Part shown: in pieces, positions 10,901 to 21,500 of the stretch
Layout: each line of letters opens with the position of its first letter
Numbering within the stretch: position 1 is the stretch's first letter
Source of the DNA: Phoronis australis
Taxonomy: Eukaryota; Animalia; Phoronida
Length of the DNA stretch: 64,000 nt
NCBI GenBank assembly: GCA_002633005.1
Contig: NMRA01000508.1
Location: forward strand, 165,250-229,249
Direction of reading: 5' to 3'
Program-made: the position numbers and the translations under genes
Notes under the pieces: model-generated
What the model saw: the letters and a program-made list of their open reading frames with translations, nothing else
Databases searched by the model: none
What the model was told of the DNA's origin: nothing

Positions 10901-13900
10901 ACGTTTGTGCAATGCTCGATTGTCTTCCAGTAAAGCCAGGATTCGAACATGGATCTCCTAAACGGAAGTCCGGAGCTCAAACCACTGAGCCACACCGTCT
11001 CCCCCATAAAATCATGAAACCCTTGATTTTGAAGATGTCTTATTAAAAAACAAGCCCTTTAAAACGAGTCTGGGAAACAAAGTCCATAGCATAGTATCTT
11101 ACAGTTTCATTTAAGTTGATTATCTGTTTTTGAGATAAGATGTTGGTAAATTTTCTCGTAGTCACAAAGCTAGACATCAACTTTTAACTTGGAGGTAGAT
11201 GTTTAGGCTAATATCGAAATAAATTAAGTACAGCATGAAAGCTGAACCCTTAATGGTCAGGTAAATTAGTTTGGATTTAAAATTTCTCACTTACAAATCG
11301 AAGTGATGCGATATTCATAATCATAAAAGAATCACGAGATTGTTAGTTTCAAAATATTTTTTTCAAAAGACAACGTTTTTACAAACATTACACACTTTTT
11401 GAGCAAAAAAATGAGGATAGCATACATGTACTAGGTGTATAATTACTAGACTATCTCTTTCAAATCATTATCAAGACAGAGTGTACTCGATGTAGTAAAA
11501 ATGTAATAGTGATTGAAATCCTTTCTTAATACGGAAAAACACATAAACAGAAAAACAAATATCATAAAAAATATCTACAAAAATACTACTTGTAAAATAT
11601 ACGGCAGGGCATCCAGAGTCTCTCTGAAACATTAACACCGAAATTGTCGCATAAAATACATATACGACACACGTTTCATTGTTGGCATGACGTCATCAGC
11701 ACTGTGCCCTTGTAAATCCATTACACAAGCTGAGAATGAGGACGCTTCTTTTTTAGACGATGACACGGAGGAATTCCTTCGGGAAATGGAAGAAGACGAA
11801 AATGACCAGACAGGTACATTAAGTCAAAAGATGCCATCAACACTGGATTAATATAACGTATACTTAAAAGTATTTAATTTTGGGAGCCTTCGTCACAACT
11901 CCACTAGTACCTCTTTTGTCACGGTTTTTCAGCAATTCCCCTCCGCGTTGCGTAAATTTCCATATCGCATGTCGCCCCCTCGTATCACGTTGCTACTGTT
12001 TTTAGCCAGTGGCCCTGCTCCCGCCCGCCCATCAACAAAACAGCTGTGGTGAAATGGGAGGATTTGGGCCCCTAATTTCTGACTCGGCGTTTATTTAGTT
12101 CGGTGCTGCAGCAGGCCAACATATCGTATTGTACGATCATAGAAAAATTCGTCTTAGCAAATCGTCTGTTCTGAAGTCGCACGGTGATTTGTTTCCTTCT
12201 TAGACGGCATCAGAAAACATGGAGGACCTGCCTTTTTTAGAGGGAGACCGTCTACTAGATACTTAGCGTTTAATAAGTTCAGCGTCCCTTGACCCCGGCT
12301 TCTATTAGAACGAAGCGTCGAAACCCGGGTATTGTTAGAAGTTTTACATGTACATGTACATGTACGGTACACACGGTAAGTGAGCATACTGTACGTCGTC
12401 TGCTCATTAACCGGAAGCCGAGGTTGGTATTGAAAGACTGGTGCATTCAGTGGAATTTCATAAGAAAATGTTGGAGTTGCGAATCTGTTGACTTATTATC
12501 TATGATTTTAGGCACCGATACGAATGAAGAGCATCCAGCCTAGTTGAAACTCTAACAAACTGATATTTTACTTCAGATGACAATGAAGTCCAGGATGAAG
12601 AGAAACGTCAATATTTGGATGGCCTGGAACAAAGAATGAAGGACAACGGTAAGGACGGGTGCAAGTCAATGACGGTCATACGTCAAACGCACTCACCAGG
12701 TTCGAATATGATAGACGATAAAAATGAATGCGTGAACCACAGGCCCTTGAATCTATTTGTTACCAGCACTCAATTTAATAAAACAAATACTTTCAAAACA
12801 CCAGAAATGTCTCTGCAACAAAAAGAATAAAAAGAGGATTTTCAAACTGCATACCAAAAAATAGCGATCGTAAAAATTATGCGCATGTGGGCTATATCTT
12901 TAGCCCGTATATCTTAAGTTTGTGAGGCCATCAAAGATTTTTGAAATATGTATCCTCTAATTTCACCGTAAGCGAAGGAAAACGTCCGTGTTTCACCACA
13001 CCCGATAAATAAATGAAGTCCATTGGTTCACACTGCTGACAGTAGAAAGATTCTATGCAGAGTTTTCCTCACGGACAATCTGCAGTAATATGAACAAAAT
13101 GCTTGTGTCCACCTACGCACATGGTAATTACCTGTACGTCAAACGGGATTATTGCTATTCAGATCACTGGCATGGTCGTGACATTATTTTGAGAGTTTTC
13201 ATCAAGCATATTAATTTGTTGATCTTTGCCATTTTGAAGAGCTGACTGAAGATGATGAGGCGGCCATCGCCCAACTCGACGAGGCAACAGGTAAGTATCA
13301 GATTTGGACAGTTCCGTACAAGCAGGATTTTCGAACTAACGCAATCACGGGTTTCGCTTATAATATATGGCGATATCTGCATGGGCGATGCACCAAAGTG
13401 GGGCTGGGGGCTATACCATCCCATTTTTTCAGTGCTGCGCTGCCCGTGATCTGGCATAGTGGTGCGTGATATTGAGTTTTCGTGAGGTTCTCTCGTCTAC
13501 AGAACGCACACCTGATTTGGAACTGAGAGAGGAAAACATTTTTAACTCAAAACTGGCCAAACAAAGTCTCTGAGTTTTATTTACCGGAGCACACAGTTTT
13601 AGTTGTCCATTTGATATTGATGCAGATATCACAAGTAAAGAAATAAGGAATTCCATAGCACTGTGTGTAACACACAAAAGTAGTTTGATATCAAATAGCG
13701 AAGCACATTTAAAAACTCTGATACAAGAACGGAGAACCTTGCCAATACAAAACGGCAATGTGTCATTCATGCTTAGAAGTGCCGAGATTCCACTTCTAGC
13801 CAAAATATAACTTTTGATTTAGATAATTTGTTGTTTTAATATAACTCGCTTTGATTTTGTTCCTTCATGGGAGTACCAACGATTTGAATCCATTAAACCG

Positions 13901-14229
13901 CCACTGCTCAATAGGATGGTTTGACCAGGCAGGTCTTTTTAAATGCGGAGAATGTTCCCAGCAAGTCCGATATATCACTTCTTGTTATGGAGTGTGGAAG
14001 TTAAGACCAGTTACACGACAACCCAAAGTTAGTTTTTGCGACTGAAGATGGGTTTACGTTATCTATACCTGTATAAGAAATCGATGACGTAAAATGTTAA
14101 GCTAGGTTGTAATGCTCGTCAAATGGTTTAAAACATTCGAAACCACTTCTGTAGATTGTTTGTGTTTGAAAATCAAGACGATTAATTACGATTTTTGGCA
14201 TGTTTCATATTTCAGCTAATGAAGAGTAG
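4626..14229 (+). CDS. Secreted Arg/Pro-rich cationic peptide precursor with Cys-rich domain, GKR site, two EF-hands and acidic C-terminal propiece (candidate antimicrobial peptide precursor), 286 aa, 8 coding exons
   Basis: join(4626-4900,6420-6573,7889-8045,9346-9399,11730-11813,12577-12648,13240-13290,14216-14229). All introns are GT..AG, phases 2,0,1,1,1,1,1 match, and the total is 861 nt ending in TAG. Translation: MGKCVVLLFVLVVIATLVHEGDS-WRRFRIRLPRIRIRLPRIRLRLPRLRLPRVRIRVRRLLPRIRLPRFRLPRIRVPKPPK-CPELDTSNFLKEALCSVDNGVKNSGCMELCHAFGDMFEVKDYNVKCPVACQNLCNLPNL-GKR-GEIPSGNDDFNYYDENKDNKISSAELSNVLRVNEREVDERTLGRFFVENDLNRDGFLDREEFVKVNERENAENEDASFLDDDTEEFLREMEEDENDQTDDNEVQDEEKRQYLDGLEQRMKDNELTEDDEAAIAQLDEATANEE*. 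Function is inferred. Confidence 0.85.
6420..6573 (+). CDS. Cationic-precursor exon 2: six-Cys domain ending GKR
   Basis: Acceptor cattacAG 6418-6419 (phase 2 matches); EALCSV...CPVACQNLCNLPNLGKR; donor GTGAGT at 6574, phase 0. Confidence 0.85.
7652..7752. repeat. ~28-bp tandem repeat, about 3.5 units
   Basis: Unit tttcaaattacatgcgatgtgattggYYtg repeated in intron 2 of the cationic-precursor gene. Confidence 0.85.
7889..8045 (+). CDS. Cationic-precursor exon 3: EF-hand 1 and start of EF-hand 2
   Basis: Acceptor ttttcaAG; loop DENKDNKISSAE; donor GTACGT at 8046, phase 1. Confidence 0.85.
9346..9399 (+). CDS. Cationic-precursor exon 4: completes EF-hand 2
   Basis: Splicing 8045 to 9346 restores the canonical loop DLNRDGFLDREE; donor GTAAGT at 9400. 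Confidence 0.85.
10833..11005 (-). mobile_element. tRNA-derived SINE-like element
   Basis: Minus strand begins GGGAGACGGTGTGGCTCAGTGG (A-box) ... GTTCGAATCC (B-box), then a non-tRNA body (gacaatcgagcattgcacaaa ... gtatgcaacggaatgaatg). The body recurs on the + strand at ~36956-37095. Confidence 0.65.
11730..11813 (+). CDS. Cationic-precursor exon 5: acidic tail
   Basis: AENEDASFLDDDTEEFLREMEEDENDQT; phase 1-1; donor GTACAT at 11814. An alternative in-frame acceptor exists at 11757. Confidence 0.75.
12577..12648 (+). CDS. Cationic-precursor exon 6: acidic tail with internal KR
   Basis: Acceptor ttttacttcAG; DDNEVQDEEKRQYLDGLEQRMKDN; donor GTAAGG at 12649; phase 1-1. Confidence 0.7.
13240..13290 (+). 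CDS. Cationic-precursor exon 7: acidic tail
   Basis: ELTEDDEAAIAQLDEAT; strong donor AG|GTAAGT at 13291; phase 1-1. Confidence 0.7.
14216..14229 (+). CDS. Cationic-precursor terminal coding exon (ANEE*)
   Basis: Acceptor tttcatatttcAG, TAG at 14227-14229, followed by a cluster of AATAAA signals about 220-245 nt downstream. Confidence 0.65.
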
Positions 14230-14446
14230 ACCTGATGACGCCGACTTGCTTTTGGAACATCGTACATCGTTGAGCGCTTCCTTCGCCTGTTTTCCACATG
14301 CTTGTGTTGCGTATATGAACAGCCTGTCCATTTGCATCACATACATGTAAATCTTGCAATATTTTATTCAGATCATTAAAAACAGCTAAAACAGATTATT
14401 TAGTCCAAAGCTTGATTCTTCAAATGATTATCTTCCCAAATCATTG

Positions 14447-14472
14447 AATAAATAATTGAATAAATAAATAAA
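14447..14472 (+). promoter_or_regulatory. Polyadenylation signal cluster of the cationic-precursor gene
   Basis: Several overlapping AATAAA hexamers (tgaataaataattgaataaataaataaaac) downstream of the predicted stop. Confidence 0.5.
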
Positions 14473-15574
14473 ACAAAACAATTAATCAACCATCAATAGC
14501 AATCAATACCTGCGATAATTCAATAACAAAATGGAGCATTACGGTTATTCTCAGCGTCTGACGTTATCCGCCCTAATTAATCATTAAGATACAAGGTTAA
14601 GGGGAGAAACAAATGCTTAGCACGTGCCGTATAACGCAAACAAACTTTACCTCCTACAGAACACGTACCAAAGAACCCGAGCTACAGCTGCAAACAGGAC
14701 ACTTACCACGGGCAAATAAGGCAGTGTGTAAAGTGGTCGCCAGAGCACACTGTCCTGTGCAAGATTTTGCCCTTTAATGTTTATTATTTAGCTCATATGG
14801 AGTTAAATATTGGATGCCAATATCAATTGTTTTGTATTAGGAGTATTAAATTTACGCGTTGACGAACCCTGCGACCAGAAAGAATCGGCGTGTCATTACG
14901 TGACCCATGTCGCAACACATGTAAAACCTTCGCTCATATTGTCCGTGGTAAGACTGTACTGAACGTGGTTCGAATTCAGGTTAAAGGTGGTAAGAGTCTT
15001 AGTCGTTGCAAGAGATTGTCTCCTCGCCTGATATCACTCCAACGTAGTTGATGACAGTCCTTAAAAAGGCACTTGATCTACAGCAATTAAATGATACAAC
15101 ACAGCAAAAATACTTGTACAATCAGTGAAGTCATTTTTGTGAAATGTTTGTTTTATGGACCGAAGCCTTAGACTAAATCTTGGAAGTCATTAAAACAGAG
15201 GAGTGACGTACATGTAAAGCATCCCTACGAATATCATTCAAAAAAGCATTCAATAGTCGTGACAAGCGTTTGAATAGATCCAATAGTTTTCAATACAACG
15301 TGACTTTCGAAATGTTGCCGACAAACACGATTTGATGTGAACTTCTCAATTAATGCAACGTTGTCTCGTCTTTAGCTAAAATCAGTCTGGAATTGCTTAG
15401 TCTGTTTCTCGAAATCAGGCCGAGGCTAAAACTCAGAAAATTGACTAAAACTCGATATCTAAAACTGAAATCTGTAGCCTGTTGGGGTGCAGACGAAAAC
15501 CCGCTTTTGGTTAAAATAAAGTAACTACACAATAAAATTTTCCTTCACTGTGTTGTGACTCCTTAACTGAGCAA

Positions 15575-18500
15575 TCAGTTATGTCGTTTAAGAAGTTCGG
15601 AGAATACAGAGTCTGCGCTGGGCTTCAACCTAGTACTAAGTCGGCTAATTCTGCTGGCAATGGTGGAAGGTCTTGGTTTGAACGGCTGACGAGATCCTGC
15701 GTTGAAGACGCTGATGCTCTCGGACATAGCTTTCCGGGCGTCATTCGGCGTCGTGAACCAGACTAGATCGTGGTAACACTGTGGCACAAGCTGGAAGATG
15801 TCTTCGTTGTCATGGGTATAGAGCTAAAACGGTTTTAATGTTACAGTCAGCAATGTGTTTGTGCTTTAAGAGCTTCACAAAAATAACGATTGTAAAATGG
15901 TAGTCTTTAACAGTGAAAACATATTTAAAACGCCTGAAAATCTCTGGTCCGTCTGTCCTTCACTTATTCTGATCGCATAATTGAAAACTATTTAATCGAT
16001 GTCCTTAAAGCTGAGGCAGAGAACAAGTGAATGACTGGATACTCACCAGGTGGCGCTCAGGAATAAAAGTCTATTTTTATTAACGTTTGAACACATTGAG
16101 AGCAGAAGGTAATTCATCAGTATGAGGGCGCTGGTGTGATAAGAGACCCACGTGATTTTCCTGATGACGGGCATTTCTATGGTAAGATCCCTAGCATCAC
16201 TTGTGACACATGAGGAATTTCGAGTCGCTCATTTTCCCACCTTGAACAACAAAACCTGATACTTTTGTAGTCGTATTGCCGACAGCCGCGCATTTTCCCA
16301 TAAATCCAATAGAGGTCATCCCGCACATAGATACTAACCTTAGCGTCGTCTCTGGCGTTTCGAAGCACTTGCTTTGCAGCTTTCATCATTTTCTGAAATA
16401 ATAATACTACTACTAATAATAATAGTAATAATAATAACATCATTTATTGTACATCGTAGGCTTTGCCTACTCATACATAAATACATAAATTCAAACGTGT
16501 ATTCAGAGTGTTTACACGGAGAACAGTTCTTCTCTTAAATAAATTGTGCGACTGCCACGGGTACGTCCACATTTGGCGAGCCTTGTATAGAAAAACTGTA
16601 AAATAAGGTCCTTCGATATGTGAACTGGGAAAATAAATAAATAAGGGTGTAGGTGATAAACACCATAAAGTGTTCCTTTGGACAGACAAATGAAGACATA
16701 CACATGGTATCAAAATTCAATTGTACCCAATTTGGGGACGCCAGTAACCCCGTGTTGGAAGAGCTTAATTCCACCGAACCTTGCCAATACTTATTGGTCA
16801 ATCATCCATGTGTAGTTAAAATTAAAATACTCGCAATTTTTATAAAATATGCATTCTAATATTTCACGCTACTCAAAAATGTATGTTTTTAAGTATTCAT
16901 ATGCGATTGTTTTTTAATCAATCCAGCACCGAAAACATGTTCCAGGGTACTAGAGTTTTCAGTCATGGTGCTGTTTTTCGTCCTACTCTTGACAAGCCAC
17001 CACTTGCATGGAAGCACCTCAAATAAGAACTCACCTAAGTTCCCTTGATGACGTAAGCTCAGTAAGAAAAAGTGTGGCCATGCCCTTCCTTTATGTTACT
17101 TGTAAGATAAATTTACTTTCGTTTGGATAGAATGCAGCTGCTACTAATAACGTCTAGGACGATTTTTGCGAACGTGAATCTACACTTAACCTTCACGACT
17201 GTTTGAATTCAAATATCGAATGACATCACGAAGCTTGAAGGAAAGAACTGGAAACAAGAGCATCGTAGAGCGTTGGAAGGCATCTGTGACATTACTGCAA
17301 ATGGTGTGCTTCTATGGCTGTTCTTAGTATCGTAAAAACCAATAGATGGCGCAAAATACGTCATCCCCGTCTCAGTTGAGAAAGTAGCGCTGTCTCTAAT
17401 ACACAACCTTGCTCAATGTCATGAAATTAAACCAATGCACTCTTAAGCTATATAGGAAAACGTATAAAAACAAATTACACTAGAGGACACAGCTACATGG
17501 TCTGAAATTCATTGTCATCTGTTGCCAACTCTATCTGAGGCCATCTGCTAAAATTCGCAAAGATCTTGCAAATAGTTAAGGAAATACGACAGTAGAAACA
17601 CTAAAGCAAAATTACTGTTAAGGGGCGCCAGCATAGTTGAGACCATCCGAAAATCAATGTCAGCCGGGATTTTTACATCAGAAACACATGCAACCATCAA
17701 TTTCCATTATGATCCTTCCAGGGTTTCGGCAGATTGAGAGGCAGACGTCAGAAGCATGTGCAAAAATTTTAAATTGCCACTAGGTGGCACAGAAAACATC
17801 AAGTGTGCCCGAAAATTCGGAAGGCGCTGTCGTCATTTGCCGAATTTCATGATAATAAATTAATAATATCCAGGATAAGAGCCCAAAGTAAAATAATATT
17901 TTGCCTCTAGGGGGCTCAGTGGTATTTGGATCAGTTTGCCACTTGTTACCGCATGTCCTCGGCTACATAGGAACACAAAGAGTTGACTGAGGAGATTCTG
18001 TTGCTGGCGTAAAAATAACAAAACCGTCACAATGGGGCGATACAGTAGTTGGACCCATCCGAAAGTGAATATCAGTCGAAACCTTCTCATCAGGAACACA
18101 TTTGTAAATTTTCATAATGGTCCTTTAAACGGTATGACAAATGAAGAGGCAGACGCCAGAAAACGACGCAAAAATAACAACGGCCACCAGCTGGTGGAAA
18201 ATTTAAAATCCGTCCAAGAAGGGAAGGCGTTGCAGTCTCCTTCATAGCAGAAACCAGTTTTGACGAATTTCATGAAAATTAAAAATCATTAATGAACTCC
18301 GAAGCTACAAAGCCAAACTTAAATATGTCACTGGAGGGCGCTGAGATATTTGGATCAGTGTGACACTCGCTACCGTTTGTCGCCAGTACGAAACTTGTCG
18401 TCATCCGTCGTGGCGTACATGTATCCTATGAACACACGTGCCAAGTCCCATTATGATCCTGCAAGGGGTTTAGAAGATACAGAAGCGGACGCCGGACGCA

Positions 18501-21500
18501 TAGACAGCGATTATGGCAATAAAAATCCTATGGTCAACCTACAGTACACAACAACCTGGGCGCCGCACGGTACTTACCACATGTGTAATAGCGCCTCTAG
18601 ACTTCTTCCTTGACTGGACGTGTCTCGTTTTTATGTCAGTTGCCATGTTCGTAAGAGAAAGCTCCTGCCTAGAGCTTGCCTCCTTGTGAAACCATGCTCC
18701 ACTGTAGCTATCAAATGTGTACTGAAAAAGTATGCGTACTTATGTCTTACATATTCAAATTGTCGAGATTGCCCACCGACATTCTTACGTCTGTATTTTT
18801 TCAAATGTGGAAATACGAGCAATTTCTTAATTTGTAAATGGCCACCATTTTGAAAATCAAAATGCGATTGTCATCCAGGAACATTTTATGTTATATTGAC
18901 GTGTACTAAGTCATCCAAAGCTCGACGTAATGTACTTTATCACCATGCATACATGTGTACGTGTGTTAAGGCCAACAGCGTTTATTGTGACGCGGTGAGA
19001 GGATCCTAGCACAGCGGAAAAAGGCTCGAGCATACCAAGGCGGTAAACTAATTGAAAATGGATTGAATAGAGTTCACAAGGTAAAGAGATGTGCTGTAGT
19101 GAAAATGTTAATGATTAGGTTTACGGACCAGTGCAATGCTTGAGAAAAAGTTTCGGAAATGGTGCCGGAGTATTGCGAAGCGAATAACTAGCTACACATT
19201 ATGAAAGGAGCTTTATTCAACCGTAGTCTGTTTAGACTATCTCATCACCTGTGGTAAGAGAAGCCAGCCGTGTGTAGCCACTATATTAACGGCTTCGATG
19301 ATGTAGTCTATGACGTCATCATCAACAAAATAGGGCAAGTTGAGTCGGGTGAAACCTGGCCTGCAAATTAAATGAAAGTTCATAATATTATCAAATTTTG
19401 TCCTCTTGCGTATACTGATGCAACGAATTTTAATCAAAGTCAAATTTACCTAGTTGTAACAAGAGAAACGCTGAGCGTTGAAATGCGCCAACGAATGCAT
19501 CGCAAATGGTGTGCTTTTAGGGTTGTTTATTTGTGTCATAAAAACTTTCAATACATCCAAAACCAGGAACATGTCATTGCTTGTTTAAAAGAAAGCTATA
19601 CACTAAATTTCATAGAAATCCGTCGCGGAACCTCATAGAAACAAAGGAAAACAGAATAAAATGAAATTGCCACTACGGGGCACAGTGTTCATTGGATCTG
19701 CCTGAAAGTCGTCATTGTCCGTTGTTAGCTTCATATAAATACACTTACTAAATTCAATAAAGATCCTGGAGTGGGTTTAGGAGACACAGCTAACAAATCA
19801 AAACAACCACTAGGAGGCGCAAAAGTAGTCAAAGTCGTCATCGTCAACCGTCCTCTTCACACCGAGAACATACACGCCACTTTTCAAAACCCTCCTTAGA
19901 ATGATTTGGTTGATAGAGGGGTAGACGCCAAAAACAGACAGCAAAAATGTTCCCTAGGTGGCGCAAAATACCTTGATTCCATCCCAAAACGGGAGGATAG
20001 CCTTATCCCACCAATAGATTCCGTATTCAAAATTTAATGAAAATCGCCGGGTAAAGGACCTTTGACGATTCTGAGTTAAACCTAAAACTAAAATTGGCAG
20101 AAGGAGGCACACCGGTAGTCAGATCTATCCGAAAACAGTCGTCGTCCGTTGTCAACATCATATCAACACACTTGTAAAATTTAGCAAAGATCCTGCAAAC
20201 GGTTTAGGAGATACAGCCATGAGCGCAAAAAAACGAAACTGCGACTAGGAGGCGCCACAGTAGTCGAAGTCGTCAGAGAATCATCGTCAGCCATCCACTT
20301 CATAGCAAAAACATACATGTCAATTTTCATAATTATCCTGAAAGCGGTTTGGCAGATAGAGGAGTGGACGCCAAAAAACAGANACGGAGATGACGGCATA
20401 ATGCCTCCACATATAAATATGTGGGTGCATAAAAATTATTCGAGCGTCATATGCGCTTTTACGCATGCATTTTGACACACATCCATGAAAACAGTTATGA
20501 TCGAAACAAAATTTAGATGCAATTCTCAAATAAACATGAATGCAGCTGAGGTACACGTACGTTACGCTGGGAACACGTTGTGGCCGTATTTCAATAAGGT
20601 TCCAATTCTCCAAACATCATCTTAACGACTACTCCACACCCACGTGCCACATCAACTAATGTTTGCTTTGTAAGTAAACGTTTCCGTGGCTTTCGAATTT
20701 TACTTACTTCATCAGCGACATTGTCATCGGAGGCTCAATTGTCGGTGTACTGAAATATGGCAAAATGCGTCATGTAACAGAATAGGACTGGACGTCATTT
20801 GTAGTTGTTGTACAACTGCAAATGCTCATTTGCAAAGGTAGCATCTGAGAATTGTACGAACATATCCATTTCAATGAAAAATGTAGTACTGTTTGCAACA
20901 AATGTGTAAAAACACAGTTTGTATTATAAACCCCTTTCGACAATTTTCAATATTCTTCTCGAGTATTTTTCACGACTTTACCACAATTTTTGTTTACTTA
21001 TATACAGACCTTATAGTGGCGGACACGCCGTCCATAGCTCCGGTCTTCACTTGTCTCTTATTTTGCTAGGTTTGTTTTCTTATGTTTGTATATTATTAGA
21101 ATTACCTCGACAAACTATCTCGGTGTCGTTCCTCTAGCGGTGTGAGAAAGAAGAAAAATTTCGATGCCAACGATTCGGAAATTCCGAGTAGATCCTAAGG
21201 AGATAATGATCACAGTTATAAGCAGCTACATGGTAGCTAGGGCTTAAAACAATTACTTCTTAATCCGACAGACTGCTGTTTGAAGTTACCATTGTTTTTT
21301 TTTTGTTTTTAAAGCAAACTTCAAAGGTGACATACTCCATTTAAGCACAGTGTGCCAAGTCCGTGTCTGGTCATTCCAAATAAGGAAGCATGCTTTTCCT
21401 TGTTAGAGGAAAACCAACCAAGTGACGAGCAGCTGACAGCTCTTCTGACATTTTTAAAATTCAAGAAAGTTGCGTTTACATCAACATAAATTCAAAATGT

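Noticed and set aside
16393-16443. Poly-Leu 'signal peptide' of ORF 16177-16443
   Set aside because: Translation of an intronic (AAT)n microsatellite; only 16339-16392 is exon.
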